IMG/VR virus record: IMGVR_UViG_3300044633_001084
Span: 1 to 35,868 of that record
Origin: a virus
Lineage: Duplodnaviria > Caudoviricetes
Reading direction: 5' to 3' (one strand)
Length of the DNA: 35,868 nucleotides
In this document: positions 1-8,036 of the stretch, piece after piece
Numbering within the stretch: the first letter of the stretch is position 1
How the letters are laid out: the number at the start of each line of letters is the position of its first letter
Translations under genes and position numbers: made by a program
Notes under the pieces: generated by a model
What the model was told of the DNA's origin: nothing
Database searches by the model: none
What the model saw: the letters and a program-made list of their open reading frames with translations, nothing else

Positions 1-179
1 AGTTTGGTGTGGTCAATGGCGTGCTTGAGCAATATGGTGAAGAGTTACTAAAAAATATTAGTTACTTTGGTAATAATAAAGGCGTAGTCGGTAGCGGTGA
101 ATTGCTTAGTAATATGATCCCAGAGATTATTGAGCAAAATGGTGTAACTACCTTTACGCTAAGAATGCTAGACTATTTT
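1..179. repeat. Terminal direct repeat, left copy (179 bp); indicates a circular or circularly permuted complete genome
   Basis: 1..179 is identical to 35690..35868 except T128 vs C35817. Confidence 0.97.
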
Positions 180-581
180 GACTATCCCAATGAGGGAGTA
201 AAAGGTGTTGATAGTTCAAGAAATGCACCCAATTCAACATATCAATATAAGAACTATGGCATGCCAGAGAGCGGCCGAGCATCCCTAAAAAGATACATAC
301 AGAGTGGAAAGGCGAAGATTACAAGTGTCATGAATGACAAGGCTTTAGGCAAAGGCGGCGAAAAAATAGGGGTAAGCTTTAGCAAAAAAGGATCTTTAAT
401 TGATAGGCAAGTTGAGACTTTAGCTTATTTAATTAAAAGATTTGGTATAAAGACTACTAACTATTTCACGGATGCTTTTAACAAGACCTTTGAGAATTTT
501 GAGGTGACTATTGCAGAGGCGGTTGGATCGGACATTGTGATCACATTTGAGAGAATTAATTTGAATAAAAGTAATAAATAA
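1..581 (+). CDS. 3' part of a putative tail completion/virion morphogenesis protein (full ORF 35614 across the junction to 581, 218 aa)
   Basis: The frame continues across the circular junction from ATG 35614. C-terminal 'LAYLIKRFGIKTTNYFTDAF' resembles HK97 gp10-like tail completion proteins. Lies between the tail chaperone and tail-tip genes. Confidence 0.55.
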   Translation, partial: FGVVNGVLEQYGEELLKNISYFGNNKGVVGSGELLSNMIPEIIEQNGVTTFTLRMLDYFDYPNEGVKGVDSSRNAPNSTYQYKNYGMPESGRASLKRYIQSGKAKITSVMNDKALGKGGEKIGVSFSKKGSLIDRQVETLAYLIKRFGIKTTNYFTDAFNKTFENFEVTIAEAVGSDIVITFERINLNKSNK

Positions 582-1711
582 TGGCAATAACAAACCTAGG
601 TTATCCAAGTGGCAGTCCATCGGTGCAAGACACTCTTTGGCATATATTTGACTCAAACATAACAAGCACAGACTTGAAATATGTTGTTGATCTTTACGTT
701 GGCGGAGCGCAGCAAGTAAGAGTTAAGCTTTACCCAGAGCCAACAACCGGCATCGGATATTTTGACGCTGGGCCTATTATAAGAAACACAATGACTTACC
801 AGTGGCTAACACCTAACACAAACGTATTAATGTGCGAGCCAAATGTGAGCGGACAAATAGCACAGACATATCAATATAGGATCGGTGAGGAATATAGCGG
901 TGTGACTTATTTAAACTTAGCAAGTGGCAACGTAACTGCTTACAATTTTGTGGCTCCTACATTTGAGCGCAAGGTGGCAGATTTGAGCGCTTATAATGGC
1001 AAAGCATTAAGCAATAGGCCAAACGAAATAAATGCATCACTAGGTGACAATATCTATATAGGTGCTAAGGATGTAAGCGGATTGGTTGTGTCAACTTATA
1101 ATTTTAGCAATGTAAAAATTGCAGACACTACTTATTCCCTTGGAGGCACTAAGGCTTTTGCGCAGCTTAACGTAGGATCGCCGGCATTAAACAACCCTAC
1201 TGCCGTGATCACATCATCTGTTAAATACTACACGATCACACTAGGCACTAGCACATATAGAGTTAATTTGGAGTGCAATCCTAAATACACTAGCTACAAC
1301 CTACATTTTATGAATCACCTAGGCATGTTTGACACTGCCAAGTTTGATCTAGCATCTAGGCTAACAATGGATGTTCAAAGAAAGTCTTATGAAAAAAGAG
1401 ATTATACTTTTGGCGCGTCATCTGTTACTTATTATGATGCCAATAAAAAGTATGTTGATAGCAAGGTGAACTATCTAAATAAAAAGGATCATGCATATAA
1501 GCTTACAATGAATGCACCAACAGATAGCCAATATGAATGGCTTGCAGAGTTAATTGACTCACCTCAAGTGTATTTTGAATTGGATGGTTATTTTTATCCA
1601 GTAAGTATTAAGAATACAAATTTTGAATATAGCAAATATGTCAATAATAGATTAAGAGTTTTTGAGGTAGAGATTGACATTAATCAAACACGCTTTAGCC
1701 AATTAAGATAA
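581..1711 (+). CDS. Putative tail structural protein (distal tail/baseplate component)
   Basis: 376 aa, beta-rich. C-terminal 'FMNHLGMFDT...EWLAELIDSPQVY' is typical of Bacteroidota siphophage tail genes. Coupled to neighbours (TAATG overlap at 579-583). Confidence 0.65.
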   Translation: MAITNLGYPSGSPSVQDTLWHIFDSNITSTDLKYVVDLYVGGAQQVRVKLYPEPTTGIGYFDAGPIIRNTMTYQWLTPNTNVLMCEPNVSGQIAQTYQYRIGEEYSGVTYLNLASGNVTAYNFVAPTFERKVADLSAYNGKALSNRPNEINASLGDNIYIGAKDVSGLVVSTYNFSNVKIADTTYSLGGTKAFAQLNVGSPALNNPTAVITSSVKYYTITLGTSTYRVNLECNPKYTSYNLHFMNHLGMFDTAKFDLASRLTMDVQRKSYEKRDYTFGASSVTYYDANKKYVDSKVNYLNKKDHAYKLTMNAPTDSQYEWLAELIDSPQVYFELDGYFYPVSIKNTNFEYSKYVNNRLRVFEVEIDINQTRFSQLR

Positions 1712-1712
1712 C

Positions 1713-4700
1713 ATGACTAGAATATTTATTGAAGGATATGAACTTGATTTGACTCAAGGCTTAAGCAACCAGATTACTTATGCCATTGATGATCTACAAA
1801 ACATAGATAGCAAAAGCACCAGCTTTACAAAGACAATAGTATTGCCCGGCACTGCTAACAATAATAAATTGCTAGGCAATATCTTTGATTTTAACAATGC
1901 TAACTTTGACAATCCTCTTGATCCAAATGTGCTGGCAAACTTTAACGCAGCGCGTAATGCATCGGCACGAATAGAGATTGACGGATTGCAGATCATGAAA
2001 GGTGTTTTGCGCTTACTTGAGATAGTACATGTTGACGGAGCGATTGAATATGAGTGCGCATTATTTGGGGAATTGGGCGGATTTATAAATGCACTTGGCA
2101 ATAAAAGACTTGAGGACTTAGACTTTAGCGCTTATGATCACACATATTCTTATGCTAATATTGTGGCAAGCTGGAATACTACCGGCAGCACTAGCTATTG
2201 CTATCCTTTGATTGACTATGGCAATGTAAGTACTGACAAAGTAAATTTTCAATATAAGACATTCAAGCCAGCATTGTTTGTGCGTGAATATCTAGATAAG
2301 ATTTTCACTGGCAGTGGCTACACTTATGAATGCGATTTATTTAATACTAGCGATTTTAGAAAGCTAATTGTGCCTAACAATTCAAAGCAATTAACTAAAC
2401 AGACAAGTGATGTGCTTAAATTGACTAAAGCAATAAATCAAAGCATGAATGAAGGTGGCTCACAAGACTTTGTAAGTTATGAGACTAAAGTAGGCTCTTT
2501 ATTTACTGCAAGCGCTAGCGATACAACCTTCACTTATAATGGTACGCCTACGCTTACTACTAATATAACAATTGAAATTTTTGGTGATTATACTTTAGCT
2601 ACAAGGCCATTAACAATAGCAGTCTTAAAAAATGGAGTTGCAATATCTGGATCAAGTCAAACTTATAATGGTACTGATTTGCTTTATTATAATAAATCAT
2701 TATCTGTAACCCTAGCAACAAATGACACATTAAGAGTTAGAACAAGTTGCATACTTGACATTGGTGATGAGGTTAATGTAAGCGAAAGTACAATAAATGT
2801 TATAAACAATGTTGCAACAACTGCGCCTATTGAATTAGGTGACACAATGGTGATCAATAATACAATCCCAAAAGGTATATTTCAAAAAGACTTTGTGACA
2901 TCCATCATGAAGATGTATAATTTATTGATTGTTGAAGATAAATATAAGACAAAGCATTTAGTGATTAAGCCTTATGTTGATTTTTATACTGGTACGATTG
3001 TTGATTGGAGTGACAAGCTAGATCATAGCAAAGCAATTAAGATCAAGCCAATGAGTGAGATCAATGCTAGATATTACAATTTTAAATATAAACAAGACAA
3101 TGATTTTTACAATGAAGATTATCGCAAGAAATTTAATGAGGGATATGGTGATAGGGTGTACGATAATGGTCTTGAATTTGCTAAAAATACTGAGAGTGTT
3201 GAAATAATATTTGCGTCATCACCTTTGTTTGGCACAAGTACAACTGACAAAATTTTCCCAGCTATTTATAAAAAGTCGGACAATAATACCAAAGAAGATC
3301 CTATGGATCATATTATGCGTATTATGCAAATAAACAAAATTACTGGTGTAACAAGTTGGAGCATATTAAATGGAGCGACTAACTTAGGATCAAACACTGC
3401 TTATTTATTTTGTGGACATTTAAACAATCCAACAACGCCAAATATTGACATAAACTTTGGCGCACCACAACAATTGTTTTTTAACTTGACAAGTGGTGAC
3501 TTAAGCTACAACTTATTTAATGTTTACTACTCGCCGTACATGTACGAAATTACTGACAAAGATAGCCGTTTACTAACCGGCTTTTTTGATTTAACGGAAC
3601 TAGACATTTTTAATATAGATTTTGCAAAGTATTATTTTATTGATGGCGGACTTTATAGACTTATAAAAGTGTACGATTATAGTCCAGAAAACAATGATAC
3701 TACAAAGGTTGATTTGCTAAGAGTGATTGATGCAGTTGGTACTGATTTTGTGCCATCTACAACAACTACTACTACAACTACAAGTACAACTACTACAACT
3801 ACAACTTTAGCTACTTTTGACGCATCTTATAGCATGGTGAGTGCTTATGATGTTTGTAACAATGTATGTCCAAATCCATCGCGTCCAGTTGAAACATTTA
3901 CCATTTTATCTGGTGGTGGCACGCTTTGCACTGCGACTAAATTAACAAGTACTTTAATTGCGAATGGCACAATCACTGGCAATTTCTGGTTAAGCGCTTG
4001 TACTGGCACTAGCAGAGGATTTACTATTATTATTGAAGGAGGTCAATTTGTAGCAGTATGGACAGAAGAGACATGTCAAACATGCCCAGATGTTACTACT
4101 ACTACAACTACTACAACTACTACAACAACTAGTACTACTACAACTACTACAACGGCTCCGCCAACAACAACTACTACTACAAGTACTACTACTACTACAA
4201 CTACATTGCCTACTTTTAATGCATCTTATAGCATGGTAAGTGCTTACGATGTTTGCAATAATGTATGCCCTAACCCAGCAAGACCAATAGAGACATTTAC
4301 AATTCTAGCTGGCGGAAGTACTTTATGTACTGCGACTAAATTAACAAGTACTTTAATTGCAAATGGTACAATTACTGGTAATTTTTGGATAAGTGAATGT
4401 AGCGGAACAAGCAGAGGATTTACTATTATACTTGAAGGTGGTCAATATGTTGCAGTATGGACAGAAGAGACATGTCAAACATGTCCGGCTGCCACAACAA
4501 CTACTACAAGTACAACAACTACTACTACAACGGCTCCGCCTACAACAACAACTACTAGTACAACAACAACTACTACAACGGCTCCGCCTACAACAACTAG
4601 TACTACTACAACTACTACAACGGCTCCGCCTACAACAACAACTACAAGTACAACTACAACTACTACTACTTATGCTGCAATTACATTAAGTGTTAGTCCA

Positions 4701-5429
4701 GGTTGCACTGGTGGGGAAGGAACCGGAACTGTTACTGCTAACGGATTTAACGGAGGTAGTGAAAGTTTTGAGTATATTGCTATCAGTTCAACGTCAAGTA
4801 GTGATGCGCTTAGTAGATTAGACAATTCAGCAACTAGAACATTCTTAGGAGGTGCTACTGAATTTACATATACTATGCTTGCAAATGCAACATATTATGT
4901 GGCAATTATGGACAATGTAGGAAATAAAGGTGTAAGCTCAGGAGCGGTTGTAAATTGTGTTACTACAACAACTACAACTACCACTACAAGTACAACAACT
5001 ACTACTACAACGGCTCCGCCTACAACTACAACTACAAGTACAACTACAACTACTACAACGGCTCCGCCTACAACAACAACTACGAGTACAACAACTACTA
5101 CAACTACGCTAGGTTATGCTTTTGTTGATATTACTAATAGCACGGCCGGTACATCAATAACTAATATAACAATAAATGGAGTTCAAGTTGATGGTGCAAC
5201 ATTCCCAATAGTTGCTGGTGATGGAGCATCGGCTACAACTACGCAGACTGGTGCATCTAGAACAATTGTTGTATCTTACACAAATGTAAGCAATGACTCT
5301 GTTGAGGTGATTGATACTGCATCAAACCTTACTTGTATAAGTGCAACATCAACAAGCAGAACATTTAGCGGCCAAGTTGTAAATGATGGAGGTACAATAA
5401 GCGTCACAATGTTTGACGGATCATGCTAA
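1713..5429 (+). CDS. Tail tip/baseplate hub protein with a mucin-like, Thr-rich multidomain C-terminal extension
   Basis: The N-terminal ~680 aa ('ITYAIDDLQNIDSKSTSFTKTIVLPGT', 'YPLIDYG', 'FKPALFVREYLDKIF') resemble tail-tip proteins. The C-terminus has four Thr tracts, two 94-aa Cys-rich repeats and two beta-rich domains. Confidence 0.75.
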   Translation: MTRIFIEGYELDLTQGLSNQITYAIDDLQNIDSKSTSFTKTIVLPGTANNNKLLGNIFDFNNANFDNPLDPNVLANFNAARNASARIEIDGLQIMKGVLRLLEIVHVDGAIEYECALFGELGGFINALGNKRLEDLDFSAYDHTYSYANIVASWNTTGSTSYCYPLIDYGNVSTDKVNFQYKTFKPALFVREYLDKIFTGSGYTYECDLFNTSDFRKLIVPNNSKQLTKQTSDVLKLTKAINQSMNEGGSQDFVSYETKVGSLFTASASDTTFTYNGTPTLTTNITIEIFGDYTLATRPLTIAVLKNGVAISGSSQTYNGTDLLYYNKSLSVTLATNDTLRVRTSCILDIGDEVNVSESTINVINNVATTAPIELGDTMVINNTIPKGIFQKDFVTSIMKMYNLLIVEDKYKTKHLVIKPYVDFYTGTIVDWSDKLDHSKAIKIKPMSEINARYYNFKYKQDNDFYNEDYRKKFNEGYGDRVYDNGLEFAKNTESVEIIFASSPLFGTSTTDKIFPAIYKKSDNNTKEDPMDHIMRIMQINKITGVTSWSILNGATNLGSNTAYLFCGHLNNPTTPNIDINFGAPQQLFFNLTSGDLSYNLFNVYYSPYMYEITDKDSRLLTGFFDLTELDIFNIDFAKYYFIDGGLYRLIKVYDYSPENNDTTKVDLLRVIDAVGTDFVPSTTTTTTTTSTTTTTTTLATFDASYSMVSAYDVCNNVCPNPSRPVETFTILSGGGTLCTATKLTSTLIANGTITGNFWLSACTGTSRGFTIIIEGGQFVAVWTEETCQTCPDVTTTTTTTTTTTTSTTTTTTTAPPTTTTTTSTTTTTTTLPTFNASYSMVSAYDVCNNVCPNPARPIETFTILAGGSTLCTATKLTSTLIANGTITGNFWISECSGTSRGFTIILEGGQYVAVWTEETCQTCPAATTTTTSTTTTTTTAPPTTTTTSTTTTTTTAPPTTTSTTTTTTTAPPTTTTTSTTTTTTTYAAITLSVSPGCTGGEGTGTVTANGFNGGSESFEYIAISSTSSSDALSRLDNSATRTFLGGATEFTYTMLANATYYVAIMDNVGNKGVSSGAVVNCVTTTTTTTTTSTTTTTTTAPPTTTTTSTTTTTTTAPPTTTTTSTTTTTTTLGYAFVDITNSTAGTSITNITINGVQVDGATFPIVAGDGASATTTQTGASRTIVVSYTNVSNDSVEVIDTASNLTCISATSTSRTFSGQVVNDGGTISVTMFDGSC
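3756..5108 (+). repeat. Four Thr/Ser-rich coding tracts (3756-3806, 4095-4205, 4494-4670, 4962-5108) with six TAPP units
   Basis: Runs of ACA/ACT codons. ACGGCTCCGCC occurs at 4152, 4530, 4578, 4620, 5010 and 5058. Confidence 0.97.
3807..4487 (+). repeat. Tandem duplicated 94-aa Cys-rich domain (3807-4088 and 4206-4487)
   Basis: 83 of 94 residues identical by manual alignment; six Cys conserved in each copy. Confidence 0.95.
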
Positions 5430-5442
5430 TAAAAAAAACAAT

Positions 5443-6408
5443 ATGATTTATATTTGCACGCAACCTAAGATAGTTTATTACGCATGGCATTTAGAAGTTA
5501 TGCTCACCAACTTTAAGTCGGTGGGCATACCAGATGATAAGATACATGTCTTGTTATCTGTTAGTAAAGATCAAAATGATAAGACTAACTGGCCAGAGAC
5601 AACTGCTATGTATGAAAGGTTAAAAGAGAAATTTAACACAATAGCTTTTTTTGAGTACAAAGACACTCGTGTGATGCCTACTTACATTCCTAGTGTGATC
5701 ATGAATGCAGTCAAGCAGCACTATCAAGCTTATCCTTATTTGCAGATGGAAAATGTATTTCTACATGACTGCGATATGATATTCACAAAACCGGTAGATT
5801 TTAGCGATCTTGAGCAAGATGATAGTTGCTATGTTAGTGACTCAAAAGGCTTTATTTGGAGCGATTATATTCTAGAGAAAGGTCAAGACCTTTATGAGGA
5901 TATGTGCGACATTGTTGGCTTAGATTATAGCGTGCCAATAAAGCACAGATTGAATAGCGGCGGATCTCAATATATTTTTAAAAATACTGACTATAAATTC
6001 TGGCAAAAAGTTGAGAGCGATAGTGTGGCTTTATATGATTATTTCCAAAAGAGTGAGCCATTAAGAGTGCAAAAAAATCCAAGCTATTATGGCATTCAGC
6101 AGTTTACTGCCGGCATGTGGGGTATGCTTTGGAATTGCTGGTATCATGATCTTGATGTAAAAATAACGCCAAGACTAGATTTTTGCTGGGGTACTGATCC
6201 GATTGAAAAATGGAGCAAGTGCGATATTTTCCACAATTCCGGCGTGACTTATGACATTGGAAAAAATCATAATATATTCTACAAAGGCGCATATACAGAC
6301 AAATTGCCTTATGAAGATGTGATGAATACTGAGTACAATGAGACCTTTGGATCATTTAATTATACTAACCTAATAAGACAAGTAGGCTTAAACACTTGTT
6401 TAAAATAA
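5443..6408 (+). CDS. GT-A fold glycosyltransferase, possibly a peptide O-glycosyltransferase (HPAT/SERGT1-like)
   Basis: DxD motif 'VFLHDCDMIFTKP', N-terminal 'YYAWHLEVM', 'FTAGMWG' and a late 'IFHNSG' His. ATG 5443 after an A-rich leader is preferred over TTG 5413. Confidence 0.7.
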   Translation: MIYICTQPKIVYYAWHLEVMLTNFKSVGIPDDKIHVLLSVSKDQNDKTNWPETTAMYERLKEKFNTIAFFEYKDTRVMPTYIPSVIMNAVKQHYQAYPYLQMENVFLHDCDMIFTKPVDFSDLEQDDSCYVSDSKGFIWSDYILEKGQDLYEDMCDIVGLDYSVPIKHRLNSGGSQYIFKNTDYKFWQKVESDSVALYDYFQKSEPLRVQKNPSYYGIQQFTAGMWGMLWNCWYHDLDVKITPRLDFCWGTDPIEKWSKCDIFHNSGVTYDIGKNHNIFYKGAYTDKLPYEDVMNTEYNETFGSFNYTNLIRQVGLNTCLK

Positions 6409-6414
6409 TAAAGC

Positions 6415-8001
6415 ATGGCAACTAAAAAAACAACAATTGCCGCCGAGATTAAAGTTGACACCGGCGGTGCAGAGAAAGAGGTCAAAGATTTAAAAGATGA
6501 CATACAAGGTGTCGGCACTGCCACAGAAGGCAGTATTGCTCAGCTTAAAGAATTAAAAAAGCAGTTAAAAAATACGGCTGCCGGCTCCGAGGAATTTGAA
6601 AAATTATTCAATCAAATTGACGATCTAGAGGATAAAATTAAGGGATCTAAGAAAGCATCAAGCGACTGGATTGATACTTTAGAAAGTGCTGGCGGCCCAC
6701 TAGGAATGGTAGGAGCTGCACTTAATAGAGCAAAAGTTGCTACAACATCATTTAGTGCTGCACTTAAAGCAACTGGTATCGGATTGCTAGTTAGTTTAGT
6801 AGCTGGACTAGCGGCCGCATTTGCAAAGAATGAAGGTGCAATGAAAAAGCTTGAGCCTATAATTACTCAATTTGGTAGGATCTTAAATGGCATTTTAGGA
6901 GCAATGGAGCCTTTAATAGATACTTTCATTGATCTTGCTACTAAGGCATTGCCTTATGTCACAGATGGTTTTAAAGTGGCTTATTCTGCCATGAGTTCAT
7001 TCTTGCAAGGATTAGGCCTTGTTGGATCAGCAGTTAAAAAGTTTATAAGTGGTGACTTTAGTGGTGCGTGGGATGATGCTAAAAAGTCTGTTACAGAATT
7101 TGGCACCAGATATGAAGATGCAAATAAAAGATTTATTGCTGGATCAAAAGAGTTGACTGATACAGAAAAGGCAGAACAAGCTAAAAGATTAGCTGATCAA
7201 AAAGCATTTAATGAAAAGCAAGCGGCAGAAAGAAAAGCAGCGCAAGAAAAAATAGACGCAGAAGAGAAAGCAAGACTTGAGAAAGCAGCAGCAGATGCTA
7301 AAGCATATGAAGATTTTGACACTGAATTGCAACAAAGACTTATTGAAATTGAAGATGAAAAAGCAGCCAAAGAAACTGAAAGATTAGAGAAAGCAGCAGC
7401 AGAAGCTAAAGCTTATAATGATTTTGATACAAAATTACAACAAGATTTATTAAAAGTAGAAGAGGATGCAACTGCTAAAAAAATAGCACTTGCAGATGCA
7501 GAGTTGCAAGCAAAACTAGGTCTTGCAAATGCTATCGGTAATATTGCTGGAGGTTTATCTGCATTATTTGAAAAAGGTACTACTGCCGCAAAGATTGCTG
7601 GTCTTGCAGAAATAGCAATAGGCACTGGTGTTGGATTTATACAAGGCTTAGATATTGCACAAAAAGGTGCAAAAGCAACTGGCCCAGCAGCACCTTTTGC
7701 ATTTCCTATTTTTTATGCCACTCAAATTGCAGCAGTACTTGCAGCAGCTAGCAGAGCAAAGAGTGTAATGACTCAAGTAAAAGGCGGAAGCGGAATTTCA
7801 ATCCCTAGCTTTGGCGCACCATCTATTCCTAGTGTAAGCGCAAATGCACCACTTGCGCCATCATTACAAACTACTACTTTAAATCAAGCACAAGTTAATC
7901 AAATAGGTAATGTGGCAGCAAGAGCATACGTTGTAGAAAGTGACATAAGCGGAAATCAAGAAAGGATCACAAGATTAAACAGAGCCGCAAGGATCAGCTA
8001 A
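6415..8001 (+). CDS. Putative tape measure protein
   Basis: 528 aa, Ala/Gly/Lys-rich, predicted helical with coiled coils and hydrophobic segments ('ALKATGIGLLVSLVAGLAAAF'). Has an internal 36-aa repeat and C-terminal 'RAYVVESDI'. Confidence 0.7.
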   Translation: MATKKTTIAAEIKVDTGGAEKEVKDLKDDIQGVGTATEGSIAQLKELKKQLKNTAAGSEEFEKLFNQIDDLEDKIKGSKKASSDWIDTLESAGGPLGMVGAALNRAKVATTSFSAALKATGIGLLVSLVAGLAAAFAKNEGAMKKLEPIITQFGRILNGILGAMEPLIDTFIDLATKALPYVTDGFKVAYSAMSSFLQGLGLVGSAVKKFISGDFSGAWDDAKKSVTEFGTRYEDANKRFIAGSKELTDTEKAEQAKRLADQKAFNEKQAAERKAAQEKIDAEEKARLEKAAADAKAYEDFDTELQQRLIEIEDEKAAKETERLEKAAAEAKAYNDFDTKLQQDLLKVEEDATAKKIALADAELQAKLGLANAIGNIAGGLSALFEKGTTAAKIAGLAEIAIGTGVGFIQGLDIAQKGAKATGPAAPFAFPIFYATQIAAVLAAASRAKSVMTQVKGGSGISIPSFGAPSIPSVSANAPLAPSLQTTTLNQAQVNQIGNVAARAYVVESDISGNQERITRLNRAARIS

Positions 8002-8036
8002 AAGTACCTAAACGGCATTAAAAATATTTATTAAGT

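Noticed and set aside
3807-4487. Duplicated domain as a DGR template/variable repeat pair
   Set aside because: Both copies are in-frame coding, the differences are not adenine-specific, and no reverse transcriptase is encoded.
4393-4689. 98-aa Gln/Leu-rich ORF in an alternative frame
   Set aside because: It is a shadow of the ACA/ACT repeats, which lack stops in that frame, and has no credible start context.
4152-5068. Repeated ACAACGGCTCCGCC units as a CRISPR or mini-array
   Set aside because: The repeat is short, spacing is irregular, the intervening sequence is Thr codons in an open frame, and no cas genes are present.
5449-5456. TATATTTG promoter-like element at the GT start
   Set aside because: It lies inside codons 3-5 of the GT (YIC) and is probably coincidental in AT-rich DNA.
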